From Dehalococcoidia bacterium (lineage in GTDB: Bacteria; Chloroflexota; Dehalococcoidia; SHYB01), in the NCBI GenBank assembly GCA_965207995.1, contig CBDBNG010000001.1:4681-68680 (forward strand): 64,000 bases of DNA. The letters run 5' to 3'. Shown piece after piece: positions 28,691 to 39,774 of this stretch. Positions within the stretch are counted from its first letter, which is position 1; each line of letters opens with the position of its first letter. The translations under genes were made by a program, and so were the position numbers. The notes under the pieces were generated by a model. That model was not told the origin of the DNA, did not search any database, and saw nothing but the letters and a program-made list of their open reading frames with translations.

Positions 28691-29839
28691 CTAAGCAGTC
28701 GCCGGTCTAGGCTGCACCAGCAGTGCGGCGTAGCTGGGAGCCACCACGTGCTCCACCGACACCTTCCCTGCGCCGTCGTACCCGGTGCGGAAGGCGTACT
28801 CCACCTCCGCGCCCCAGGGCACGCGCCCGCCGACGCGCACCGCTCCGCCCCTGGCCGTGCCGTCGCGTCCGCGAGCGCCGTGCACCACCATGCCGCTGCG
28901 CTCTCCCTTCTTCCAGCCCAGCACCTTCATGGCCACGGGCATCACCCGCTCCGAGTCCTCCGCCCGCCGGAACAGCGCCCCGTGCAGCTTCCTGAGTACC
29001 ACGGCTGACGGGGTGCTTCTGCCGTTCATGATCTGGGAGAGGTGGCCGGAGCTGATGCCCGCCCTACGCGCCACCTCGTTCTGGCTGACGTCGAGCTCCT
29101 TCATCCGGTCCCAGACGGCCTGTTGGTCGAGGTTGGGACACTGGGCGGACGCGACCTTCGCCCGTCCCCCAAGCATGGCCTCGACCCTGGCCTGGAGCTT
29201 CACCCCCATGCTACGGTGCCCTCTGGACACCTGGCTGAGGTACCCGGCGGACACACCGACCTTCTCGGCCAGTTCTCTCATGGTCATGCCCAGGGCCCGG
29301 GCGGTCTCCCGGATGAAGCTGCTGGCCTCACTCTCGATCACGTCACCCTGGCGGTTGGCGAGCTGGGCGGGGGCGACCCTGGCCGCCACCCCAAGCGCCG
29401 ACTCGATGCTGGCCTGCACCTTGGGTCCCATGTTCCGGCGACCCCTTGCCACCTGGGTCAAGTAGCCGTAGGAGACCCCCGACCGGTCGGACAGTTCCAG
29501 CATGGTGATTCCTATCTCGCGTGCGCGCTCCCGGATGAAGGTACTTTCTGCATCTACCTCGCGGGTCTGTCGGTAGACGATCCCCTGCCCAGGGACCTCT
29601 CCCAGCACGGCCATCGCCTTCTCCCGCAGGTTGGGGGTCCAGGGCTTCTTGCCCGTGCCGACCTGGGAGAGGTGGCTTGCGCTGACGCCCATCAGGGCCG
29701 CAAGCTCCTTCAAGGTGAGGCCGCGCTTCCTGGCGGCGGCCCTCAGCTCGCTCTCCGGCCTGCCCCTGCGCTCTTCGGACGCTGCCGCATTCCTCGTTGT
29801 CTTCGTCGAGTTGATCGTCGTGGTGGTTGCCGTCGTCAT
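28691..29839 (-). CDS. DNA-binding protein with four tandem XRE-type HTH modules plus a C-terminal domain
   Basis: Four repeats of the pattern L(E/K)ELA...GVS.G(H/Y)LSQV..G appear (for example LTLKELAALMGVSASHLSQV and ITMLELSDRSGVSYGYLTQV). The start is set at MTTATTTT (ATG 29839) with RBS AGGAGA 6 nt upstream. Confidence 0.7.
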   Translation of the reverse strand: MTTATTTTINSTKTTRNAAASEERRGRPESELRAAARKRGLTLKELAALMGVSASHLSQVGTGKKPWTPNLREKAMAVLGEVPGQGIVYRQTREVDAESTFIRERAREIGITMLELSDRSGVSYGYLTQVARGRRNMGPKVQASIESALGVAARVAPAQLANRQGDVIESEASSFIRETARALGMTMRELAEKVGVSAGYLSQVSRGHRSMGVKLQARVEAMLGGRAKVASAQCPNLDQQAVWDRMKELDVSQNEVARRAGISSGHLSQIMNGRSTPSAVVLRKLHGALFRRAEDSERVMPVAMKVLGWKKGERSGMVVHGARGRDGTARGGAVRVGGRVPWGAEVEYAFRTGYDGAGKVSVEHVVAPSYAALLVQPRPATA

Positions 29840-30802
29840 GTCGCTTCTCCTTTCAATGAAGAAGCGGGACGGCCTACCACCCCCGTGGGGTAGAGACAGT
29901 CCCGCTCGAATTGGTTGTCCCGAATGCCGGGACTGTCTCCGTGGGTATTTGTGCTGGCCTTGCCTTCGCCCTGGTTCGGGCAAAGAGAAGCGCCGCTCCT
30001 CGTGGACGGAGAAGCGGCGCTGTGCTCGCCAACTGCTATGTGGGCCTTCCTTGCGAGAGGCCGGAGCGTGAAGCTGCCGAAGCAACTCCGAAACCCCGAC
30101 CTCGCCTACCGTTTAATCAACGTGCATACGCACCTCCTGATTTTGAGCTTCTTGACCCGCGCGGCATCCGTGTGCGGGTCGTGTTTGATGGGTTCGTTCG
30201 GCGCAAGACGCACTCCGCCCACGGTCGGATGCCGGACGCGGGGACGAAGGGGATGAGATGGACGCAACTCGGCCCGGGGTCACGTCACGGGGGAGCGACT
30301 TGGAGGAGCTGCGTTGAAGAGGATGAGACCGGCCTGAATTTCAGTCCGAGACCGGCGCGGTGAGAGAGCGACGCAGCCCTGCGGGGTAATCACAGGACGG
30401 CGTGCATGGAAGCTGCGACCCAACCGCGTGACGGTTGCGCCGCAGGCGTGGGGAATGGCCGGGCGCAGGGCGCACTCCGACCAATGTTCTCCGTACTCGC
30501 TACGGAGTCTCCCGTCTTCCGAGTCGGCGTCGGGGGAGCGGTGCTCGACCCCTGTGCCGGCTCACGCAGCGGGAAGGCGCTTGTCCCTCGTGGAACGCCG
30601 TCGGGAGAGCAGGGCTCGATCCGTCGGGCGGCTCCGGGTCGGGGATGGACCCTCCAGGTTTCTCAGGCGCGAAACGCTGGAAAAAGCCAGAAACTGACTC
30701 GATTATCGCCCCGCCGTCGGGCAAATGGAAGGGTTTGGGGGCCTTTCGGCCCACATTGCTCGCTCTGGCTTAGCTCCCGTTTCGCAGGGTGCGGGGAAGG
30801 TC

Positions 30803-31660
30803 CTACTCTCTCCACAGCCCGCAGCTCAGTATCCGCCGCAGCCACAGTCGCAGCAGCGCCCGGTTCCGCTCCACGCGGGCATCCCCCAACGACTGCCTTC
30901 TTCGCCACGCCTGATCCCGCTGGTCGAACTGGTCCCAGGGATAGGACGCCGGGGGCAGCGTCAACCCGTGCTCCTCGATGAGAGCGATCTCCAGGGTCAG
31001 CATCCTGGCCTTGGCCTCCGCCCTGGCCAACGCCGTCCCGGCCTGAGTTGTCCCCCGGTGCTCGTTCCTGGCCTCCCGCCATTCGACGATCACCGGCGTG
31101 GCCTTGCCATAGACCCTCTCCTCTCCATCCTCGGCTTCCAGGGTCACCAGCTGGGGATACGTCCTGGGCGGCGCGTACCCCCGCGTCGTGCGGTCCGTCT
31201 CCGTGGGGGTCGAAGAGACCCGCCCGCCTTCGGCCCCTGCCGATTCCAGGGCCACCAGCCGCCGCTCCACGTGCCGCATACCCATGGCGTGCTCCTCCCG
31301 CAGCCCGTCGCTCCGGCCCTCGGCGTCTTCACGGGAGGCTTGAATCTCCCCTTGCAGTTCCGTCACCTGCTCCTCCAACTCCGTCACCCGCTTACCCTGC
31401 TTCATCGCAGCCGACAGGTCCCGCTCCAGCAACAGCCGCTCCAGCGCGGCGGACAGCCGGGGAGTGAGCCTCCCCCTCTTCCTGCACCGCCACAGCGTCT
31501 TGCGGCCGATGCCCAGCTTCCGCGCCGCCTTCACCTGGCCCAACTCGTCCATGAGGTCGTTCAGCAGGGCCGTCATCTGCAATTGCCGGGGACTCTCCAG
31601 GCTCGGGGTAGCCCCCGACCATTCGGTCTGTCGCTCGTTTGGCGTCCGTTTTTCTTCCAT
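30803..31660 (-). CDS. Hypothetical HTH plus coiled-coil protein
   Basis: LGQVKAARKLGIGRKTLWRCRKRG is HTH-like and is followed by a long charged helical region. The start is uncertain because direct repeats offer two ATGs. Confidence 0.4.
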   Translation of the reverse strand: MEEKRTPNERQTEWSGATPSLESPRQLQMTALLNDLMDELGQVKAARKLGIGRKTLWRCRKRGRLTPRLSAALERLLLERDLSAAMKQGKRVTELEEQVTELQGEIQASREDAEGRSDGLREEHAMGMRHVERRLVALESAGAEGGRVSSTPTETDRTTRGYAPPRTYPQLVTLEAEDGEERVYGKATPVIVEWREARNEHRGTTQAGTALARAEAKARMLTLEIALIEEHGLTLPPASYPWDQFDQRDQAWRRRQSLGDARVERNRALLRLWLRRILSCGLWRE

Positions 31661-31922
31661 GTTCCACTTGACCCATTCCGTAGCTGTCGCTGACCCATAA
31701 CTTCCGCAAACGCCATGTTCCGCTTGACCCATCTCCTAGCTGCGGCTGCCCCATGACCGTGGAGCGAACCCCGGAGACAAAGTGCTCGCAGGTTACGTCC
31801 GGTAGGGGGGTCTTCCCCGCCTGTAGCAGCTTGCCCACGACCCAGCCTGCTCCCCGTTCACCGGAGTCCTTTCCCTGTACACGGGTATCACACCACACCC
31901 GGCCCGCCATTTGTCACGCCCT

Positions 31923-31972
31923 GTGAGGGGGGTCAGTACACAGACCCGGGCCAGCGAACTGACCCCCCTCAC
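31923..31972. promoter_or_regulatory. Perfect 15-bp inverted repeat GTGAGGGGGGTCAGT...ACTGACCCCCCTCAC with a 20-nt loop. It is either a transcription terminator or an oriT-like hairpin ahead of the conjugation gene block.
   Basis: Seen directly at 31923-31937 and 31958-31972. Confidence 0.5.
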
Positions 31973-32050
31973 GCACCATTCCTAAGCCGTTTCCGGCTCC
32001 TCAGACTCGATGGCAGACATCACGACCCCATCTGTGAGGAGACCATCAAC

Positions 32051-32668
32051 TTGGAACGGCGCTCGACCATCCGGCGATCCTTTAGTAGGGCCAGGAGACT
32101 GATACCCCTGGCCGCAGCGCTGCTGCTGGCGGCGCTGGTCGCCGTACCAACGAGCAACCTCGCCCTAGCCCAGTCGCCGCCCGCAGGCGACATCGCCCTG
32201 GTCAACGAGGACCAGGAGTTCGTCGAGCGCAAGAAGGGCGGCGAGTTCGTTGCAAGGCCCCTCTTCGACCGCAAGCTGGCCGACCTCTTCTACGCCGTCC
32301 GGGATGCCGACACCGGCGACTGGATAAGCGCCATGTACCGGGTCCGGGGCGGCGAGAAGAAGAGAAGCGACGGATGGGAGTACTCCTGGGAGTACCCCAA
32401 GCTGGACGAGCAGCCCGACCTCGACCCCGACCGGGCCTACCTGCTGGTCATGCTGGCCCACGCCGAGGACGGCAAGCGTGGAGATTTCTACGCCGTCGTC
32501 CCCATCCACCAGCCGGGGCGCATCTGGGACAAGATTCTGAGCGCCCTCAACCCCTCTCGCTGGGCCAGGGCCGCAGCCGGCTGGGTAATCGAGGGAGTCC
32601 ACGGGACGCTGTGCGGGGTTGTTGAGCGGGCCTCGGGCGAGGACGCCGCCAACTGTGAGGGGAGCTAG
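32051..32668 (+). CDS. Secreted hypothetical protein (signal peptide)
   Basis: The N-terminus RRLIPLAAALLLAALVAVPTSNLALAQ looks like a signal peptide. Confidence 0.45.
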   Translation: MERRSTIRRSFSRARRLIPLAAALLLAALVAVPTSNLALAQSPPAGDIALVNEDQEFVERKKGGEFVARPLFDRKLADLFYAVRDADTGDWISAMYRVRGGEKKRSDGWEYSWEYPKLDEQPDLDPDRAYLLVMLAHAEDGKRGDFYAVVPIHQPGRIWDKILSALNPSRWARAAAGWVIEGVHGTLCGVVERASGEDAANCEGS

Positions 32669-32671
32669 CCC

Positions 32672-33652
32672 ATGAGCGACATCCTCACCGGGACTCCCGA
32701 ATCTCTCACCTACGGACACGACCTTGTGCAGCAGGCGTGGATGGTCGTCTGGGCCGTCACGTCGGGCGCGCTAATCGTGATCCTGGGCTGGATGGGCCTC
32801 TCCCTCATCGTGAGCGAGCACCTGGGAAGGTCTCAGACAGGGTGGCGGGAGATGGTCCCCCGTCTGGTGCTGGGGCTTGTGGCCGCCGCGTCGTCCCTGT
32901 GGTGGTGCGCGCTGGTCATCGACGTTGCCGACGCCGTGTCCGGCTTCGTCGCGGTATCACTGAACGTCACCGCCGGGGACATGCTCCGCTCCACCCTCAA
33001 GACTCTGCTCACCGCAGTTCAGGCGGGGAGCGTGGGCATGGCGTTGCTGCTGGCCCTTCTCTACCTGGTCTACGGCTTCTTCGTCCTCTACGTCATCGTG
33101 CAGATGATCCTGCGCCTTGCGTTGATCGACATCCTCCTGGCCCTGGCCCCCATCGCCTTGGGGCTGTGGATTCTGCCGCACACGGCGGGCTGGGGGCGCC
33201 ACTGGCTCAGGCTCTTCATGACGACCACCTTCCAGCAGGCGATCCAGCTCATCGCATTGGCGTTGGGGTTCGGGTTCCTGAACGAGGTGGCGCAGATAGC
33301 GGCCTTCGAGCCGGTGCAGGACCTGGTCTGGAAGCTCTTGATGAGTCTGGCCTTCGTCTACATGGCGACCCGGGTGCCCAGCCTGCTGGGCAACGCCGGG
33401 ACCTTCGACGCCTGGCTCTCCACCCTCTACTTCGGGATGAACCTGCCCGCGTCGATGGTGCGGTCGGCCCGGACCATCGGGCTGATGGCCGGGGGAGCGG
33501 GGGGAGGGCCTGGAGGTGTTGCGGTGGGAGCGGTCGCTGCCAGCGCGGGGCTGTCGGCGGCGGCTGGCGGCCTGAACTCGGCGGCTTCGATGGCGACCCC
33601 GTCGGGCGGCGGAGACGCAGGCGGCGATGCCCCCAGGAGCGCCAGCGAGTGA
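32672..33652 (+). CDS. Polytopic membrane protein, TrbL/VirB6-like (conjugal transfer)
   Basis: It has multiple hydrophobic spans and a Gly/Ala-rich C-terminal tail, as in TrbL. It sits in a cluster with VirB4-like and coupling-protein genes. Confidence 0.5.
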   Translation: MSDILTGTPESLTYGHDLVQQAWMVVWAVTSGALIVILGWMGLSLIVSEHLGRSQTGWREMVPRLVLGLVAAASSLWWCALVIDVADAVSGFVAVSLNVTAGDMLRSTLKTLLTAVQAGSVGMALLLALLYLVYGFFVLYVIVQMILRLALIDILLALAPIALGLWILPHTAGWGRHWLRLFMTTTFQQAIQLIALALGFGFLNEVAQIAAFEPVQDLVWKLLMSLAFVYMATRVPSLLGNAGTFDAWLSTLYFGMNLPASMVRSARTIGLMAGGAGGGPGGVAVGAVAASAGLSAAAGGLNSAASMATPSGGGDAGGDAPRSASE

Positions 33653-33828
33653 TTTTTCAAAGAAGGCGAGAACCCATGAGGCGCGGGCGAAGGATCCCGC
33701 CCCAATCGAGAACGAGAAGGAGGTGGCCGCGATGTGCAGGTAGATGAGCGAAAGAGCGGAACCGATAGGGACAGACGAAAGACCGGGCTAGGAATGCCCG
33801 GTAGAGAAAGACAGAGAGGAGAAAAACA

Positions 33829-34119
33829 ATGGAAGACCTTACACAGACCATTAGCAACCTGGTGGGCATCCTGCTGGGCGTCGTGGGCGCGATAGGCGTG
33901 GGCTTCTTTATCTACGGGGCCTACCTGTACCTGACGGCCAGTGGCGCGCCCCACCAGATGGAGCGTGGCAAGAGCGCCATGATGACCGCCCTGGCGGGCG
34001 TCGTGTTGGCGATGGTCGCCTACGGCGTCGTGGAGCTGGTGATGAACGCCGTCGTCGGCTCCCCGGTGGAAGTCACCGTGCCCGACCCGGCCACGCCCAC
34101 GCCTGAGCCCAAGAACTAG
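33829..34119 (+). CDS. Small two-TM membrane protein (pilin/VirB2-VirB3-like candidate)
   Basis: It is 96 aa with two hydrophobic helices. Confidence 0.4.
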   Translation: MEDLTQTISNLVGILLGVVGAIGVGFFIYGAYLYLTASGAPHQMERGKSAMMTALAGVVLAMVAYGVVELVMNAVVGSPVEVTVPDPATPTPEPKN

Positions 34120-34140
34120 CCGGACGGGAAGGAGAAAACA

Positions 34141-35877
34141 ATGAGAGAACACGAGGTACCGACCCACGTGCAGGCCGAGGACAGGGTGCTTTTGTGGTTC
34201 ACCTTCCCGCAGGTCGTGGCGGTGGTGGCGGTGTGCGCCCTGTCCTACGGCGCATACCGCTACGCCCCGGTGGGGCCGAACGAGGTGCGGATGGCCATTG
34301 CCGTCCTGTTCGGCCTCATCGGGATCGCCGTTGTCGTGGGGAAGATAGGAGGTCGTCGGCTGCCGCTGGTGGCCGCCGACCTTTTGAAGTACCGGCTGGG
34401 TGCGCGGGTCTACGCCGGGCCTGTGTCCCAGCTGGTGCGCCCTGAGCCGCCCGCGCCGGTGCACCCTGTGAGGAGCGGCCCCGGCCCGTTGAGCCTGATG
34501 GCGAGGCGGGCGGGCAAGGCCCTCAGGAGCCTGCGCCGCCGCAGGAAGCGGAAGCGCAGCGGGGAGAGAAAACCCTTTCGTCCCCACCGCTGGTTCGGCA
34601 GGGGCCGCAGGCCACGGGTGGACAGGGAGAGCGTCAACAACAACGGGACCGGAAGTGAGGGCCGTAAGGCCCGGAGTCGCAAGAAGCTCCCGAAGCACTT
34701 CCTGGCAATGGTGACGGCCGTCGCTCTCGCGGCGGTCGTCACCGTCCCCCAAGCCGTCCTTGCCGACGGACATGAGCCGTGGCGGGACGAGATCGACTTC
34801 GAGGTCGAAGAGCCGGTGGAGGGTCGGAGAATCTTCGTCGAATCCCTCACCGTGTCCGGCGACCGGGCCGCCGTGACGCTGAGAGCGGCAACGGAGTTGG
34901 ACATCCGGGTGCGAGCCTTCAGCGGCAGCCAGGGCACGACCCTCCGATTCTGGGGTTCTGCGAGCCTAGCCGATGGAGAGAGCATCGACTACTCGCTCCC
35001 CCTTCACGGACCCGTGCCCTCCATCACCGTCTCGTGGGAGGACACGCTGGGGCAGGCCGGGGCGCTTACGGTCGAGCATGACAGCATCCCGTACCCGCTC
35101 CCCGAAGTCGAGGGAGAGCTGTGCGACCTGAGCATGACCTCCCTGGGCTGGACGCCGGGGGCCGTCACCGGCGTTATCGAGTCGGTGTGCGTGTCCGACA
35201 TCAAGGAGCCGGTCGAGCTTCAGACGGTGGCCGGACATGAGAGCGTCACCGAGACGGCGCTGATGGACGCCGCGGTGACGGCGGTTACGGGAACGGTGGT
35301 CGCAACCACCGGAGCGTCGACCGCCAGCGTCCCCTTCGTCCCCGACGGTGAGACGAGTTTCCGGCTCGCCGTTCCGATGGGTCAGGCCATTCACGCCGTG
35401 AGCGTGGACGTGAGCCTTGAGGCCAGCCTCAGCGTCCCCATTCCTCCGCTGACGACGCTCACCCACCACCCGGAGCGGACGGAGGAGCGCACCGAGACGG
35501 TGAGCCTGTACAGGCCGGGGGCGAGCGACTCCGACAGCGACAGCGAGACCATCACCGTCACCCACGACGACGGTACCACGACGGACCACACCGTGTCCGC
35601 CTATGCCCACGCCCACGTGCCGGGCACGACGATCCCGAAGCAGGTCACGCTCACCATCGTCCACCCCGAACACGTGAAGGCCGAAACGACCGACCGAGCA
35701 CCCATAGCCAGGACGAGGGAGGAAACGCTTTCCCTTGCGTCCGGCATCGGGTCCGACGACGCCTTTGCCCTGCTGACTCTGCCGGAGCCGGAGCCGGAGG
35801 ACCCGCCCGCCGAACAGACGCCTGCCAATGGCCTGCGCAACTGGTTCGAGCGGCTGGGATGGGAGTGGCCCTGGTGA
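34141..35877 (+). CDS. Membrane-anchored surface protein (N-terminal TM hairpin, basic linker, large Thr/Ser-rich extracytoplasmic domain)
   Basis: Its 578-aa ORF translation lies within the conjugation cluster. Confidence 0.45.
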   Translation: MREHEVPTHVQAEDRVLLWFTFPQVVAVVAVCALSYGAYRYAPVGPNEVRMAIAVLFGLIGIAVVVGKIGGRRLPLVAADLLKYRLGARVYAGPVSQLVRPEPPAPVHPVRSGPGPLSLMARRAGKALRSLRRRRKRKRSGERKPFRPHRWFGRGRRPRVDRESVNNNGTGSEGRKARSRKKLPKHFLAMVTAVALAAVVTVPQAVLADGHEPWRDEIDFEVEEPVEGRRIFVESLTVSGDRAAVTLRAATELDIRVRAFSGSQGTTLRFWGSASLADGESIDYSLPLHGPVPSITVSWEDTLGQAGALTVEHDSIPYPLPEVEGELCDLSMTSLGWTPGAVTGVIESVCVSDIKEPVELQTVAGHESVTETALMDAAVTAVTGTVVATTGASTASVPFVPDGETSFRLAVPMGQAIHAVSVDVSLEASLSVPIPPLTTLTHHPERTEERTETVSLYRPGASDSDSDSETITVTHDDGTTTDHTVSAYAHAHVPGTTIPKQVTLTIVHPEHVKAETTDRAPIARTREETLSLASGIGSDDAFALLTLPEPEPEDPPAEQTPANGLRNWFERLGWEWPW

Positions 35878-36191
35878 GGCGCTTGCTGACGGCGATCCTT
35901 CTGGCCGGGGTTGCGCTGGCGACCACCGGCGCGGCCCCGGCGGAGGAGCGGGAGATGCTCGCGGCCTTCGACGCGGTGCTGACCGCGATGGCATACGCCG
36001 CCGCCGGACTGTGCGTCTTCGCCATCGTTTGGGCGGGCTTCGTCCTGATGGCCGAGGGCGCGGAGGAGCGGGGAGGCGGCAGGGCCAGGACCGCCGTGGT
36101 GATGGCCGTCGTCGGCCTGGTGCTGGTGCTGTCCGCCAAGGGAGTCGCCGCGCTCCTGAAGCACGGCGTCATCCCCATTCCAGTTCCGTAG
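35859..36191 (+). CDS. Small secreted/membrane protein (pilin-like candidate)
   Basis: It is 110 aa with a signal peptide and a second TM helix. Confidence 0.4.
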   Translation: MGVALVRRLLTAILLAGVALATTGAAPAEEREMLAAFDAVLTAMAYAAAGLCVFAIVWAGFVLMAEGAEERGGGRARTAVVMAVVGLVLVLSAKGVAALLKHGVIPIPVP

Positions 36192-36212
36192 CGAAAAAAG
36201 GAAACAAACGAA

Positions 36213-38474
36213 TTGAAAGAGTTATTTCAGAAACTGACGAGACGCGGAGAACGGCAGCCCTCAGAGGAGGGCGTCGTCCGGCTGGGCAGTGCGGGCAACG
36301 AACAGGAGACCGCTCTCCAGCCGGAACAGCCCGCACCCAAGCCCATACCCGAAATACCCCTCTTCTTCATGCTGTCGCACCTGGAGGAGGACGGCCCGGT
36401 GAGGCTGGACGGGGTGAAGATCGGCGTGTGCGAGGTGATGGGGCTTGAGATCGACGAGCCGAAGCTGGGGGCCTTCGCCGGGGCGCTCAACGCCCTCGAC
36501 TTCCCCGTCCAGCTTCTCATCCGCCAGCACCCGCCGCGCCTTGGCGGTCTGAAGGAGAAGCTGCAAGAGGCCCAACCCGACTACCTGCCGCCGCAGACGA
36601 AAGCGGCGGCCGAGTCTCTTGGACGACTACTCACCGACCTTGAGTCGCGGGACGGCATCCTCGACCGGCGCTTCTACACCGTGTGCGAGCACACTCGCGT
36701 CGACGAGCTGCGGGGCCTGCTGGCGCGGTCAGGGCTGTCCGTGCATCCGCTCAGGGGCAGGCAGCTTCGGATGTTTTTCGTATCGGCAGTCCTGGGCGGG
36801 TCTCCAGCCGAGTTCGACGAGGGAGCGAACGCCGAGGTCGAAATCAACCGGCGCGACATGCGCATTGGCACGCATCTCATCCGCTCCCTTCACCTGGGCA
36901 AGTGGCCGAGATCGCTGGCCCCAGGGTTCCTGCAAGGACTGATGGCGGCGGGAGCGCCCATGGACCTGTCCATTCACCTGGGGCCGATACCCGCCGAGCA
37001 GGCGGCGAGGACCCTGGAGTGGCAGAAGGTCCGCTTCGAGTCTGCGCAAAGCCTTTCGTTCAAACGGGGCAGAACCATGTCGCCGGACGCGGAGATCGCC
37101 CTGGAGGACGTGACAAGGCTCAGGGACGAGGTGCAGCGGGGAAGAGAGCGTCTATTTCATTCCTCATTATCCGTGACCCTCCACGCCAGGGACGAGGACT
37201 CGCTGAAGGAGATGACGCAGCGGGCGAAGGCCCACTTCGCCGCGACCCTGGGCAAGCTGGACAACCTGGCCTTCCGCCAGCGTGAGGGGCTGCTCTCGAC
37301 CTTGCCCCTGGGACTGAACGCCGTGGCCGAGTGGAGGACCCTGGACACGTCCAGCCTTGCGAGGCTCTTCCCCTTCTCGCCGCCGGACCTGGACACAAGA
37401 AACGGCACCCTCTACGGCATCGACATGCGGGCCTGCTCCCCGGTGGTCTACGACCCCTGGGACGGCACCCACCTCAACGCCAACACCGCCGTCCTCGCAA
37501 GATCGGGCAGCGGCAAGAGTTTTGCGACGAAGCTCGGAGTGCTCAGGGGTCTGACCAGGGGCGTCACCGCCTACGTCATCGACCCGGAGGGCGAGTACGC
37601 GGACATGGCTCGCGCCGCCGGAGGCCGTGTGCTGTCCCCCGGAGTTGAGGGCCAGGGCATGAACCCCTTCGTCATCGACCGGGGAGACGACGAGGAGCTG
37701 TTACAGCGCATCGGGAGCCTGCGCCGTCTGATTGAAGTCATGGTGGGCGAGAGCCTCGGAGCGGAGCGCAGGGCCTCCCTGGACCACGCCCTGGCCGGCT
37801 ACTACGCCCAGCACAGGCAGCGCACCGGCTTCCGCGACTTCTACTCGTACCTGGAAGGGGAAGCGCCGGACATAGCCCACCTGCTGAGACCCTTCGCCAC
37901 CGGCAGCCTGCGCAACCTCCTCTCCGACGAGGGGGACGACCTGCTGGGGAGCGAAGCTCTCGTCACCGTGTTCGACCTGCGGCTCTTGGAGCCGGAGTTG
38001 CGACCCGCCGCCGCGATGGTCTGCACCGAGACGGTGTGGGCGGCGGCCGCCCAGGACCCCAAGCCCCGCCTGCTGGTGGTGGACGAGGTGTGGAGCATCA
38101 TGCAGCACCCGGAGGGCGCGGCCTTCATGGTCAGCATGGCGAAGAGAGCAAGAAAACACCGGCTGGGGTTGCAGTTCATCACTCAGGACGTGCAGGACCT
38201 GCTCAGCGAGGACTCCTCTCGCACCATCACCGGCCATTCGGGAAGGGCGCTTCTTCAGAACGCCGCCTTCAAGCTGCTGCTCCAGCAGGACGCGGCGGCG
38301 ATAGCCACCGTGGGCGACGCCTTCGACCTGCCACAGGACCTCCAGCGCTGGCTGCTGTCCTGCCCCCGTGGTGACGGGCTGCTGCTGGCCAGGGGACACC
38401 GTTTCCCCGTGCGCATCGAGGCCACGCCGGAGGAGACAGCAGTAATTGAGTGGAGGCCGGGCAAACACAGATAA
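36213..38474 (+). CDS. VirB4/TrbE-family conjugal transfer ATPase
   Basis: Walker A is ARSGSGKSFATKL, Walker B is LLVVDEVWSIM, and RKHRLGLQFITQDVQDL is also present. Length is 753 aa. It uses a TTG start with RBS AAGGAAA upstream. Confidence 0.8.
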   Translation: MKELFQKLTRRGERQPSEEGVVRLGSAGNEQETALQPEQPAPKPIPEIPLFFMLSHLEEDGPVRLDGVKIGVCEVMGLEIDEPKLGAFAGALNALDFPVQLLIRQHPPRLGGLKEKLQEAQPDYLPPQTKAAAESLGRLLTDLESRDGILDRRFYTVCEHTRVDELRGLLARSGLSVHPLRGRQLRMFFVSAVLGGSPAEFDEGANAEVEINRRDMRIGTHLIRSLHLGKWPRSLAPGFLQGLMAAGAPMDLSIHLGPIPAEQAARTLEWQKVRFESAQSLSFKRGRTMSPDAEIALEDVTRLRDEVQRGRERLFHSSLSVTLHARDEDSLKEMTQRAKAHFAATLGKLDNLAFRQREGLLSTLPLGLNAVAEWRTLDTSSLARLFPFSPPDLDTRNGTLYGIDMRACSPVVYDPWDGTHLNANTAVLARSGSGKSFATKLGVLRGLTRGVTAYVIDPEGEYADMARAAGGRVLSPGVEGQGMNPFVIDRGDDEELLQRIGSLRRLIEVMVGESLGAERRASLDHALAGYYAQHRQRTGFRDFYSYLEGEAPDIAHLLRPFATGSLRNLLSDEGDDLLGSEALVTVFDLRLLEPELRPAAAMVCTETVWAAAAQDPKPRLLVVDEVWSIMQHPEGAAFMVSMAKRARKHRLGLQFITQDVQDLLSEDSSRTITGHSGRALLQNAAFKLLLQQDAAAIATVGDAFDLPQDLQRWLLSCPRGDGLLLARGHRFPVRIEATPEETAVIEWRPGKHR

Positions 38475-38479
38475 GGACA

Positions 38480-39740
<1,261 letters not shown>

Positions 39741-39774
39741 GACACACGAAATTCAACATACAAGGAAGAGAACC

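Noticed and set aside
34410-35994. Minus-strand ORFs 34410-34985 and 34966-35994, and similar long Arg/Gly-rich ORFs 40759-42327, 33427-34773, 53201-53938, 55704-56546
   Set aside because: They are typical high-GC antisense artefacts overlapping well-supported genes on the other strand.
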